The notes beneath the pieces were generated by a model that did no database searches, had not been told where the DNA came from, and saw only the letters and a list, made by a program, of their open reading frames with translations. DNA of 64,000 nucleotides from Myxococcota bacterium (GTDB lineage: Bacteria; Myxococcota_A; UBA9160; UBA4427). Position numbers and translations under genes: made by a program. This document shows positions 37,918 through 48,682 of this stretch, piece after piece. Location of the stretch: positions 3,872,001-3,936,000 of the forward strand of contig OZ252299.1 of NCBI GenBank assembly GCA_965250285.1, in the 5' to 3' direction. Numbering within the stretch: the first letter of the stretch is position 1; the number at the start of each line of letters is the position of its first letter.

Positions 37918-38682
37918 CTAGGCGGTCTTCTTCGGTCCGCCGTGCTCGCCGGGCCAGCGCGAGCCGCTGATCGTGTCGGAGAAGGGCCAGTAGGCGTCGG
38001 GATCGAGCGGGCCCTCGAGCGTGATCTCGCGGGTCGTGGGCACCGCCTGCTGCAGCCGTGCGGACACATCGCCCCGGATCGGCAGCTGCTCGGCGATCGG
38101 ATCCCAGGGGCTGTCACGCAGCAGCAGGTCGCCCTCGACGTTCTCGATGTGCACCGGCTGGTAGGCCGACTTCACCTGCACGACGTGGGGCGGGAAGTCG
38201 TAGGCCTTCTCGGCACCGCCGACCGCGCGCGACACCTTGACCCACCACTCGTACTCGGTCCATTCGCTCGACTCGGCCGCGCCTGTGCGGTGGCCGGCGA
38301 ACTCGGCAAACGTGTAGCGCTGGTGCGTCACGCGCGCGTTCACGTTGTCGCCCATGAGGTAGTAGTCGATGTCGGCGAGGTACTTCGGCTGACCGTTCAT
38401 GTCGCGGCTGATATGCACCGCCGCCTCTTGGTCGATCGCATAGCCGAGCGCGTACAGGCCCTTCTGACCGCGATAGTCGGCGTCGACCGTCAGCAGGCAG
38501 CCGTACTCGGGCTCGTCGGGCACGGGAACACAGTAGATGGAGAGGTGGACGCCCGCGCTGTCGCTGGGATCGATCCCCGGCGGCAGCAGCGCGGCGATCT
38601 TGTCGGCATCGGTCGCGTAGTCGATCTTGAGGATCGGCCAGAACGAGATGTCACCGGCGTTCATCTTCGGGGATTCGGTCAT
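37918..38682 (-). CDS. Acetoacetate-decarboxylase-family protein
   Basis: IAALLPPG, SRDMNGQPK (Schiff-base Lys position), SPWDPIA..LP; AAGGAG RBS. Confidence 0.82.
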   Translation of the reverse strand: MTESPKMNAGDISFWPILKIDYATDADKIAALLPPGIDPSDSAGVHLSIYCVPVPDEPEYGCLLTVDADYRGQKGLYALGYAIDQEAAVHISRDMNGQPKYLADIDYYLMGDNVNARVTHQRYTFAEFAGHRTGAAESSEWTEYEWWVKVSRAVGGAEKAYDFPPHVVQVKSAYQPVHIENVEGDLLLRDSPWDPIAEQLPIRGDVSARLQQAVPTTREITLEGPLDPDAYWPFSDTISGSRWPGEHGGPKKTA

Positions 38683-38837
38683 CGTCTGCTCCTTGCCCCG
38701 GATCGGCGGATAGGTGACGCGCTAAGGCATTTAGGGCCGGGGTCGATCGAGGCTAGTGCGCGCCTCGGGCGACGTCGAGGGTCGGGCCCACACCGACGTG
38801 CGAGACGCTCCTGAGCGCACTGCCCCCGCGCTTCGTC

Positions 38838-40430
38838 TTACTGCGGCGCGATGTAATCGAGCGCGAGTCGAGCGCGCTTGTCGATGCTGTTCAGGAAGGG
38901 CAGCGTCTCTTCGCGAATCATGTGTTCGAGGCGCGGCTGCATCCATGCGAGGTGCGCGCGCTCGCCCTCGTTCGCGGTGCGGAGCCGATAGAGCAGATTG
39001 GCCATCAGCTGCTCGCGAAGCCCGTCGAAGTTCACCTCGAACATCATCTCGTCGAAGAGCCCTTCGCCGCTCTCGCCCGCGAAGATCTGCTGCACGATCT
39101 CGCCGCGATCGACGTCCCAGTTCTCATCGAGGTCGACCAGGAACGAGCAGTGTTGGCGCAGGCCCTCGAATCGAGCCGAATCGTTCATCATCGAGCGAAA
39201 GCTCGACATCGGCCACAGGTCGAGGGCACGACGGAATGCGGGCGGAGCGATGTCGGCCACGTCGAAGCGTCCGCTCGACTCGACGTCGAGGTTGTGCATG
39301 TTCTGAAAGTCGCCGACCGGCAGGCGCGTTTGCGCGAGCGGAACCAGCCCATCGAGGGGGTTCGCGATCGAGAGCGCCGAGCAGTCGAACGGGATGAACG
39401 CGCCGCGCATCGCCTTCAGGAACGCACTGCCATTGAGCATCTGCCCGACCCCGGGCATGAAGCGCTCGACCCATCGAGGCAACCGGTGGGCGTCGATCCG
39501 CTCGGGGCCATGACGGCTGAAGTCGCTCGGCCGCTCGGCGATGCCGTCGAAGGGCGCGCCCAGCCCCACGGCCAGGGCCACGGGGCTGTAGCGATGCACG
39601 CGGCCGCTTCGAGGCGAGTAGAGGAAGCGGCGCTTGTCCTTGACTCGAACGCGGCGCATGCCGAGCTGCATCGCACGGAGCGCGACCAGCCCGCCCTGAC
39701 TATGGCCGATCAAGATCATCCGGGGCGCGAACGCATCGAAGATGCGATTGATGATCTTGAGCGCCTTGTCATCGCTCAGGAGGTGCCGCTCGCCCTCCAG
39801 GTCGACGTCGAACTCGGGCAGGAACGACGCGAGCTCGGTGCGGTAGCGCCCCTCGATGCCGACGAAGGCGTCGACAGCGGTCGCCGCGTTCAGCCCCGCC
39901 AGTCGCCCGATGCGAATCTCGAAGCTCTCGTCGTGCAGGCGTTCGAGATAGTGCGACTCGGCCATCTCGCGGGAGAGCACCTGAGCCGTCGGCGAGTCGT
40001 CGAGACTGAAGATCTCCCGGATCACGGCCGGGCGATCCTCGGCTCGACGACACGAACTCTCGAGATGATCGACCAGGCGCTCGATCGTGCGCTTGAACTT
40101 TGCGGCGCGCGTGAGCTGGATCTCCTCGAGCTTGCGCCGCGCGTTCTCCTCGAGATCCTGCGCGGCGATCACCCCGAGATTGGTCCGATTCACCACCCGG
40201 CGCAGGTTCTGCTCGGTGACGAGGTGATCGGTCAGGCCACGGCCGCTCGATGCAGGGCCGAACGTGCCGGCGATGAACTCGACCAGATAGTTCTTCGGAA
40301 GGATCGACGGACGCGTTGGCGCTGGCGCCGCGCGCTGCATGTCCGTGCGCGATCCCCCGAGCCACGCGGGCGTGATCGAATCGGAGACCTGATCGACGGC
40401 TTCTCTGATGCTGCGAGCGACGAATGCCAT
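38838..40430 (-). CDS. Alpha/beta-hydrolase-fold (lipase-like) protein with long helical N-terminus
   Basis: LIGHSQGG, GLGAPFDG, DGLVP, late H (RQHC). Confidence 0.72.
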   Translation of the reverse strand: MAFVARSIREAVDQVSDSITPAWLGGSRTDMQRAAPAPTRPSILPKNYLVEFIAGTFGPASSGRGLTDHLVTEQNLRRVVNRTNLGVIAAQDLEENARRKLEEIQLTRAAKFKRTIERLVDHLESSCRRAEDRPAVIREIFSLDDSPTAQVLSREMAESHYLERLHDESFEIRIGRLAGLNAATAVDAFVGIEGRYRTELASFLPEFDVDLEGERHLLSDDKALKIINRIFDAFAPRMILIGHSQGGLVALRAMQLGMRRVRVKDKRRFLYSPRSGRVHRYSPVALAVGLGAPFDGIAERPSDFSRHGPERIDAHRLPRWVERFMPGVGQMLNGSAFLKAMRGAFIPFDCSALSIANPLDGLVPLAQTRLPVGDFQNMHNLDVESSGRFDVADIAPPAFRRALDLWPMSSFRSMMNDSARFEGLRQHCSFLVDLDENWDVDRGEIVQQIFAGESGEGLFDEMMFEVNFDGLREQLMANLLYRLRTANEGERAHLAWMQPRLEHMIREETLPFLNSIDKRARLALDYIAPQ

Positions 40431-40703
40431 GGGATTGCCGGTGAAGTCGGAGCCGAGGCTCCGGGGTCGGCCGAATTGTAGCGTCACGCACCCAAGCCCG
40501 GGGTCGCGCGGCAACCGACGTGCAGCTACGCGGCTAACCTCGACCGCGGCCCCGGTGTCTCACCGAGCACGCAAGCTGCTCATCGGCCCGTGTCCTGGAC
40601 AGTCCGCAGGTCGGGCGCTCCTTCCCGCCGCCGTCGGCGGGCCGTCGCCTCGGCGCCTGCCCGGGGTCGCTCAGAACGCACCGGGACCGGATGGAGGAGC
40701 ACC

Positions 40704-41498
40704 GTGGATCTCGACCGCTATCTCGCCCGCATCGGGTACGACGGCCCGGTCGCCCCCGATCTCGCGTGCCTGACTGCCGTTCATCGCCAGCACGCGCTGT
40801 CGATCCCCTACGAGAACGTCGATGTCCAGCTCGGACGACGACTCGACTTCGACCCGACCCGCATCTTCGAGAAGCTGGTGACGCGAAAGCGGGGCGGCTG
40901 GTGCTACGAGATGAACGGGCTGCTCGGCGCCGCGCTCGAAGCCATCGGCTTTCGCGTGACGCGCCTCGCCGGCGGCGTCGCAAGGTCGACGATCGGTGAC
41001 GAAGCGCTCGGCAACCACCTGGTGTTGCGCATCGATCTCGAAGAACCTTGGATCGCCGACGTCGGCCTGGGCGACGGCGCGCTCGAGCCGCTGCGACTCG
41101 TGAGCGGTCCCGTCGAGCAGAGCGGCCGACACTACGCGCTCGAGGCGCTCGCGCCGGGCGAGTGGCGCTTTCGCAATCACGAAGGCGCCCTGCCCCCTGA
41201 CTTCGACTTCATCGAGGCGCCCGACGAGGCGAGCCTGACGCGCTCGTGTGCACAGCTGCAGGACGACCCGACGTCACTCTTTCGACAGAACCTGCTCGTC
41301 ATGCGACCGACCACGGCGGGGACCCATCTGCTGTTCGGCCGCGTGTACAGGGCACCGAGTGGAGAGAAGCACACCCTGGCGGACGGCGACGCCCTCGTCG
41401 CGACTCTGAACGACGTCTTCGACATCGAAGACGACGGGCTGCCGGCGCTCTGGCCGGCGGTCGCCGCGCGCCATGCCGAGCTCTTCGACGACGCCTAG
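40704..41498 (+). CDS. Arylamine N-acetyltransferase
   Basis: YLARIG, IPYEN, RGGWCYE (Cys), NHL (His), ADVG (Asp); GGAGG RBS with GTG start. Confidence 0.93.
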   Translation: MDLDRYLARIGYDGPVAPDLACLTAVHRQHALSIPYENVDVQLGRRLDFDPTRIFEKLVTRKRGGWCYEMNGLLGAALEAIGFRVTRLAGGVARSTIGDEALGNHLVLRIDLEEPWIADVGLGDGALEPLRLVSGPVEQSGRHYALEALAPGEWRFRNHEGALPPDFDFIEAPDEASLTRSCAQLQDDPTSLFRQNLLVMRPTTAGTHLLFGRVYRAPSGEKHTLADGDALVATLNDVFDIEDDGLPALWPAVAARHAELFDDA

Positions 41499-41510
41499 CG
41501 TCGACTTCGT

Positions 41511-43880
41511 TCAGTCGCGACGCGGGTCTTCGTCGCGGAAGAGCAGCGGGATGCCTGTGAGCGAGCCCGGCGTCGATGCCCCGCCGCACGACAGAACGGC
41601 CCCCGAAGGCAGGATCGCGATCGAACCGATCGACTCGTCGCCGTCGTCGAAGATCGCCCCATCATCGATGAAGAAGCCGGTGCCGTTGTAGCTCGCGCGC
41701 AGCAGACCATCGGGCGTCGTACTCATCCAGAGCGCATCGGTGTGACTCTGCGCGTTGCTGCGTTGACCGGCGACCATCAGGTTGCCGTCGTCGCGCAGGG
41801 CGATGGCGTGCAGCCGGGAGCCGCGGCCAAAGAGCACGTCGGGGTTCGCCGTCAGCGGATCACCGAGGGTCACGATGCCGAGCGCCTCGTAGTCGGCGCC
41901 CGGTCCGAACGGGTTGCTGAGGCCGCCCACGAACGCTTCGTCGGGCGCGCCCTCGTCGTCGAGGCGCCAGATGGCGACCGATTCGAGCTGCTGACCGGTC
42001 GCGCTGCGCAGCGTCGCCGAGCCCGCAACCACGAGATGCCCGTCGAGCGGATCGATGACCCCGGCCTGACCGAGGCCGATGCCATCGAGCGGCCCGGTGT
42101 CAAAGATCGCCCAGTTGTCGACGATGCCGTCGGTGCCGTAGGTGAGGTCGAGGTCGCCGTCGTCTTCGAAGGCGACGATCTGCAGGTCGCGACCGCCGCG
42201 ACCGACGTTGAAACCCGCGCCGACGGTGAGCACGCGATCGCCGTCGAGGACGACGTCGACGATCTCGTCGACGGGCGCAGCCGGCACCGTGACGTGCGAG
42301 ACCACGCCGCCCGTACCGAACGTCGCGTCGAGCTCGAGCGCACTGGTGAGGCGCAGCAGCAAACGACGCATGCCGGTCGGCCCGTTGCTGGCGCCGCCGA
42401 TCCAGACGCGACCCGTCGAATCGACTTCGATATCGGCACCGAAGTCGACGAGGGTCGCGTCACCCGACAGCCCCGAATCGAGATTCACCACCTCGAACTC
42501 ACCCTCTTCGTCGACCTGGGCGACGAGGATGTTGCTCTCGAAGCCGGTCGTCGACACGCGCTGCGCGAGCACGAAAGCCGTACCGTCGACCGGTGAGACC
42601 GTAAGCGCGATCGCGCGCAGCGCGACGTCTTCGCCGACATCGTCGGCCGCGAGATAGGCCACACCGCGTTCGCCGAAGTCGGGATCGAGGGTGCCGTCTT
42701 CGAGCGTACGCCCGACGGCCAAAGCGACCCCGATCGGGTCGCGCAACAGGTAGTAGCTGTCGCCGACGGCACCCGCGGCGACACCCTCGCACGCCCCCTC
42801 GAAGTCGAGGTTCGCGTCGGTCGCGAGCGGAATGATGAAGCCCGCCCCCGCGCTGAAGTAGCGCGTCGAGAACGCCGTCTCGACGAAGACCCGCGCGTCT
42901 TCGACCGCCTCGACCCGCAGGTCGGGATTGCGACTGCCGTCGCTCTTCGGCGAGAGGTACGCGATGCGGTAGAAGCTGTTGGCCTCGGCCGACAGCTCGC
43001 GACCGACGCGCTCGAAGCTCTCGACCAGCTGCCCGAGGCTGTCGACGAAGACCGAGCCGTCGGGCCCGAGGGCCTGCAGCGCCTCGCGATCGATCTCATT
43101 GCCGACGCCGATCGAGAACGCCGTCACGTCTTCGATCGCCGCCACCGCATCGGCGAGGGGAATGTCGTTCGCGTTGTGCCCACCGTCGGTGAAGGTGACG
43201 AGCGCCTGCGAGATGAACTCGACCTCGCCGTCGGCCAACACATCGACGGCTTCGTCGCCGAGCTCTTCGGCGGCTTGAATGACGGCGCCATAGAGGTTCG
43301 TGCGATCGTCGAACACCTCGATGCGGTCGACGTTGTCGAGCGCCTCGTTGAGCGACACGGGATCGTCCGAGAAGCCGAGCGGGCGGAACTGACCGGTGAT
43401 CGGGTCTTCGATCGTGGCGGGGACGACGTCATCGGCGCCGAAGAAGAAGAGGATCGAGATGCGCGACGAAGGGTCCTGCGTCACGACGTTGATGTAGGCC
43501 TTGGCCGCGTCGATCTCGGCCGCCAGCGCCTCGGGATCCTGCGAGATCGACGAGCTCAGGTCGAGGAGCAGCACCGAGAGCAGCTGATACACACGGGGCA
43601 GCGGCAGCAGCTGCTGCTGCGCCTCGCTCGGTGAGATCGAGTCGTCGTTCTCGTAGAGGCGAAAGTCGTCGGCGGTGAGGCCGGGCAGCGGATTGCCGCG
43701 CTGGTCGAGCACCTGGATCAGCAGCGAGACCCGGCCGGGCAGATCGATGCGCGGCTCGCCTGCGACATCGATGATCTCACCGATGCGCGGCGTGTAGCTC
43801 TCGGGCCCACCCCCTTCTTCGGTGCAACCGACGACCCCGACCAGAGTGGCCATCGCGACGAGCAGGATGCGGGTGCGCAT
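41511..43880 (-). CDS. Lipoprotein with vWA (MIDAS) domain and delta-60-like beta-propeller repeats
   Basis: Lipobox VVGC; DLSSS (DxSxS), TNLYGA, FTDG; repeats LDPDFGERG, LDATFGTGG, LDLTYGTDG, LRASYNGTG. Confidence 0.85.
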   Translation of the reverse strand: MRTRILLVAMATLVGVVGCTEEGGGPESYTPRIGEIIDVAGEPRIDLPGRVSLLIQVLDQRGNPLPGLTADDFRLYENDDSISPSEAQQQLLPLPRVYQLLSVLLLDLSSSISQDPEALAAEIDAAKAYINVVTQDPSSRISILFFFGADDVVPATIEDPITGQFRPLGFSDDPVSLNEALDNVDRIEVFDDRTNLYGAVIQAAEELGDEAVDVLADGEVEFISQALVTFTDGGHNANDIPLADAVAAIEDVTAFSIGVGNEIDREALQALGPDGSVFVDSLGQLVESFERVGRELSAEANSFYRIAYLSPKSDGSRNPDLRVEAVEDARVFVETAFSTRYFSAGAGFIIPLATDANLDFEGACEGVAAGAVGDSYYLLRDPIGVALAVGRTLEDGTLDPDFGERGVAYLAADDVGEDVALRAIALTVSPVDGTAFVLAQRVSTTGFESNILVAQVDEEGEFEVVNLDSGLSGDATLVDFGADIEVDSTGRVWIGGASNGPTGMRRLLLRLTSALELDATFGTGGVVSHVTVPAAPVDEIVDVVLDGDRVLTVGAGFNVGRGGRDLQIVAFEDDGDLDLTYGTDGIVDNWAIFDTGPLDGIGLGQAGVIDPLDGHLVVAGSATLRSATGQQLESVAIWRLDDEGAPDEAFVGGLSNPFGPGADYEALGIVTLGDPLTANPDVLFGRGSRLHAIALRDDGNLMVAGQRSNAQSHTDALWMSTTPDGLLRASYNGTGFFIDDGAIFDDGDESIGSIAILPSGAVLSCGGASTPGSLTGIPLLFRDEDPRRD

Positions 43881-44128
43881 TTCGTCCCCCGTGCGGCATG
43901 CGCGAGCGAGTACGACGACGACGGCTGGGCCGACGCTCGCTCATGGACACCAAGTGCCTGGGGGGTTTCGCCACAGTCTATCGCTCCGGCCTCGATCCGG
44001 CACGACAACCCGTACCGATCGAGGTCGGTTCGACGGTCGAATGAAGTCGGTCGGAACAGAAGGTCGGCGCAGACGGGCGCAGCAGTGTCGCTCGTCACAC
44101 CCGGGGCCCAGGGTTCGGCCGGGTTGCG

Positions 44129-45439
44129 TCAGTCTCGCAGCAGACGACGCTGCTCGAACCGGAACGTCATGCCGCCCGAGAGTCGGGCCAGCTGCAGCTC
44201 CTGGGGCTCGGGCGCCGGCTCGCAGCTCGGGTCGACCCCAATCTCCCAGGCGTACTGCGCCGCCCCGGCGTCGGCGGCGTGTACCCGAGCGCGGGGGTTC
44301 ACCGCCTGCGCGATGGCGACGAGGGCCGGGTGGGGCGTCGCGCCCAGCTGGGCGAACCACGTGAGCGTCGTCTCTTCGTGGAGCGCCGGGCAGTCGTGCA
44401 GCTCGAGGCGCACGCGCCCGGCTTCGGTCAGGGCCACCCGCAAGTCGACGTAGGTGCGCGGCTGAAAGCTCGGATGCAGCTGGAAGACCTTGGCGATCGC
44501 CTCGACGTCGTCGCCCTCGATCCCGAGCGGCGCCTGCAACCGATGCACCGCCGCCATCCCGTGCCCCACCCACGTGCGGCGCAGCAGCTCTTGTGCCTTG
44601 TCCTCACCGAAATGCGAGGCCTGGCTCACGCCGTACGAGTGCATCAGCAGCAGCGCCTGCACGGCGAACTCCTGTGCGAGCGCGACGAGCGCGCTGTGCG
44701 AGAAGTCGGCCAGCTGGCAGCCCGGGTCGAAGGGCCCGGCGTAGTCGGCCCAGCCGCCCGGCTCGGCGTCGCTGCCCGGTCGCTCGACCTCGATCGCCGA
44801 GAGCTTCGACGCACGCACGACCTCGAGATTCGGGTGCTGTTCATAGGGCTGGTTGGATTCGCCGACCGACACGATCCAGCGGCAGTGCGGCCAGCGGCCC
44901 GCGCCATTGCCGCTCGGATCGTCGATGCGCGGCGGGCGATGGATCGGTCGCATCGTCATCTTCGGGTTCGTCGCCGCCGCGGTGGCGTCGAACGTCGGAT
45001 CCTCGATGTCGTGGCACATGATGCGCACGCCACGCTCGCCCCCGCTGCGCTCGACGTCGAGCAGGGCGCCGCAGTGGCAGAGCCAGAACTCGCCGTAGTC
45101 GGGCGAGTCGAGCCGGAACTGAAAGTCCATGAACTGCTGGGGCGCACCGATCTCGAGCTGCAGATTCTTGAAGACCGTGCCGACGTCGTCGCCTTCGAAG
45201 CGCATCAGCCGCTGCATGCGCTTGGAATAGATCGGGCTCGCGCCCATCCACTCTTCGATGGCCGAGCGCGTGTAGCCCTCGGCGCCGGCCTCCATCGCGA
45301 CGAGGGGCTGGCCGACGCGGTCGAGCAGATGTCCGATCAGCAGATACTCGTGACCGAGGCGTACGAGGAACGAGCGCGAGAAATCGGCGAGGCCGAGATC
45401 GGGATCGAAGGGGCCGGTGTAGTCGTCGCGCAGCGGCAC
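44129..45439 (-). CDS. Hypothetical protein of two tandem homologous domains, 436 aa
   Basis: AGGAG RBS with GTG start at 45439; internal repeat DYTGPFDP...ADFS / DYAGPFDP...ADFS 226 codons apart. Confidence 0.8.
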   Translation of the reverse strand: MPLRDDYTGPFDPDLGLADFSRSFLVRLGHEYLLIGHLLDRVGQPLVAMEAGAEGYTRSAIEEWMGASPIYSKRMQRLMRFEGDDVGTVFKNLQLEIGAPQQFMDFQFRLDSPDYGEFWLCHCGALLDVERSGGERGVRIMCHDIEDPTFDATAAATNPKMTMRPIHRPPRIDDPSGNGAGRWPHCRWIVSVGESNQPYEQHPNLEVVRASKLSAIEVERPGSDAEPGGWADYAGPFDPGCQLADFSHSALVALAQEFAVQALLLMHSYGVSQASHFGEDKAQELLRRTWVGHGMAAVHRLQAPLGIEGDDVEAIAKVFQLHPSFQPRTYVDLRVALTEAGRVRLELHDCPALHEETTLTWFAQLGATPHPALVAIAQAVNPRARVHAADAGAAQYAWEIGVDPSCEPAPEPQELQLARLSGGMTFRFEQRRLLRD

Positions 45440-45730
45440 GGGTGCTCCTGAGTTCGGGTCGGTTCCGATCGGACGGCGGGGGGCGCGCCGCGCGCCCGCG
45501 GCGTTCGGGTGGGACCCCGAAGCGTACCCCCTCGAGGTCGTGCACACCCCGCGCGGGCGCCGCCGAAGTGCCTCGCCGCGTCAGCCGATCGCGCTGGCCA
45601 GCGCTGCAGGCGCGATTGACGCTGGGCCCCGCCGCCGCCCGCGCTCGGCAGGGACGGCCAAAAAACCTGCGAGACAGACATTTCCGGGCCGCTCCGACGA
45701 CCTAGAGTCATTCATGAGGAGGCCCCGCCG

Positions 45731-47446
45731 ATGCCCTTTCCCAGGACGCTCTACAACTCCGAACACCGCGACATCGATCTGAAGGTCGTCGACGGGGTGT
45801 GGCCCGAGGGGCTGACCGGGGAGCTGGTCATCGCTGCGCCCGGGCCGCGCACGCCCGACCTCCCCTATCAGCTGTTCGCCGACGGCTACACGATCCGCAT
45901 GTCGCTCACGCCCGGCACCGACGGCGCGGCGCCCGATCGGCTGGCGTGGCGGGCGAAGAAGATCCGCGGCCCGTCGGTGCGCCTGCGCGAGAAGCGACCC
46001 GATGTCTGCGTGCCCGGTGCCGCGGGCTATTCGTCGCCGTTCGGCCTGCTCAACATGGCGAACACCGCGGTGATGCCCTGGGGCAAGCGACTCTTCGCGA
46101 CGTGGGATGTCGGCCGCCCCAACGAGATCGACCCGGTGAGCCTCGACTTCCTCGGCGAAGTCGGCACGAAGAAGAGCTGGGGCACGTCGATCCCGATCCC
46201 CGGTGCCCTGCCCTTCATCTTCTCTTCGGCGCACCCGGTCATCGACCCCGAGCGCGACTGCCTGTGGTCGGTCCGGCTCGCGCCGTCGCCCGATCATCCC
46301 GGAGAGATGGCACCGCACATCGTGCGCTGGGACGGCGAGAGCACCCAGGTGCAAACGTGGCCCGTCGAGGGCGCGCACTTCCGCGGCACGATGCACACCA
46401 TCACCCAGACTCGCGATTGGTTGATCTATATCGACTCGGGCAACTTCAAGCCCGACCCCGGTGAGATGGCGGGCGGCGAGCGCACGGTGCTGATCGACGA
46501 AGAGTCGCCCGTCTGGCTGGTGCGCAAGGACGACGTGCTCAACACGAAGCCCGGCCAGCCGGTACCGAGCAAGCCCTTCATGATCGCGCCGCCCACCGCG
46601 CACTTCTATGCGCGTTACGACGACTCGGATGGCATCAGCGTCATCTTCGAGAACATGGATCTCGAAGACCTCGCGATCTTCCACAAGCCCGGCGACATCA
46701 ACATGCTCGGCGAAGAGATCGAGGAGTGTCATCTCGGCTTCTACAACATGGCGATGGCGCCTTCGTCGTTCACCGAGGTCGAGTTCGACGTCGACTCGGG
46801 CAAGGTGAATGGACGCGGGCGACTGAGCGACGAACACACCTGGAGCAAGCAGCTCTCGGCCATCGATTGGAGCCTCAAGGGCCTCAGCAAGCCGACCCTG
46901 CATCATCAGCTGTGCCACGGGTTCCGGCCCCACGGCATCTCGAAGCGCGCGCTCGAGGTCTACAAGGACCGCGTCGACTTCGACGTCATGCCCGACGCCG
47001 AGACGCCGTGCACACTCACGACGATGAAGCGCGGCTCGCTCGACATCCACAGCCGCTACATCTACCCGAGCGTCGACGATCTGCCGACGTCGCCGATCTT
47101 CGTGCCCCGAAACCCCGGCCAGGACCGATTCGGGCTCGAAGGCACCGACCCGGGCGGCCACGACGGCTGGGTCGTCATGCCGGTGCTGAAGGATTCGGGG
47201 CTCGAGGTCGACGTCTTCGACGCGAACGCCGTGGGCGAGGGGCCCGTCGCCCGGGCCGCGGCGCCCAGCGGCGAGACCGTGCCCATGGTGCTCCACTCGT
47301 GCTGGATGCCTCATCGCGTCCCGGCGCCCGAGATGGAGCGTGTGCGATTCGGGGACGACTACGAGGAGGGCGATCTCGTCGCCCTCGACGACTCTCTCAA
47401 GGCGGTCGTCGGCGAAGTCGCGCGGGATCTCGCCGAAGGCCGCTGA
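45731..47446 (+). CDS. Carotenoid/lignostilbene cleavage oxygenase (RPE65) family
   Basis: ADG, NMANT, EIDPVSL..LG, and four Fe-ligand His candidates SAHP, TMHT, TAHF, VLHSCW; GAGGAGG RBS. Confidence 0.85.
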   Translation: MPFPRTLYNSEHRDIDLKVVDGVWPEGLTGELVIAAPGPRTPDLPYQLFADGYTIRMSLTPGTDGAAPDRLAWRAKKIRGPSVRLREKRPDVCVPGAAGYSSPFGLLNMANTAVMPWGKRLFATWDVGRPNEIDPVSLDFLGEVGTKKSWGTSIPIPGALPFIFSSAHPVIDPERDCLWSVRLAPSPDHPGEMAPHIVRWDGESTQVQTWPVEGAHFRGTMHTITQTRDWLIYIDSGNFKPDPGEMAGGERTVLIDEESPVWLVRKDDVLNTKPGQPVPSKPFMIAPPTAHFYARYDDSDGISVIFENMDLEDLAIFHKPGDINMLGEEIEECHLGFYNMAMAPSSFTEVEFDVDSGKVNGRGRLSDEHTWSKQLSAIDWSLKGLSKPTLHHQLCHGFRPHGISKRALEVYKDRVDFDVMPDAETPCTLTTMKRGSLDIHSRYIYPSVDDLPTSPIFVPRNPGQDRFGLEGTDPGGHDGWVVMPVLKDSGLEVDVFDANAVGEGPVARAAAPSGETVPMVLHSCWMPHRVPAPEMERVRFGDDYEEGDLVALDDSLKAVVGEVARDLAEGR

Positions 47447-47524
47447 ACGCGCAGTTCTCGGGACCCGCAGGATGAGTGCGCTCGGGGTGCCGCAGGGCGC
47501 CGCGCCGTCGCGTACCCTTCCCGC

Positions 47525-48595
<1,071 letters not shown>

Positions 48596-48682
48596 CTGCA
48601 GTGCGGGGCGGCGGAGCTGGGCGCGCCGGGTGATACTGACCCGTCCGGCCCCCTGCGGCCGCGTCCGAAGGAGCACCCCCCG

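Noticed and set aside
43881..43974. c-di-GMP-I riboswitch (GGCGAAACC...GGGACG resemblance)
   Set aside because: No GNRA-capped P2 of the right size and no P3 stem after GACG, where the start codon follows immediately. Kept only as a generic structured leader.
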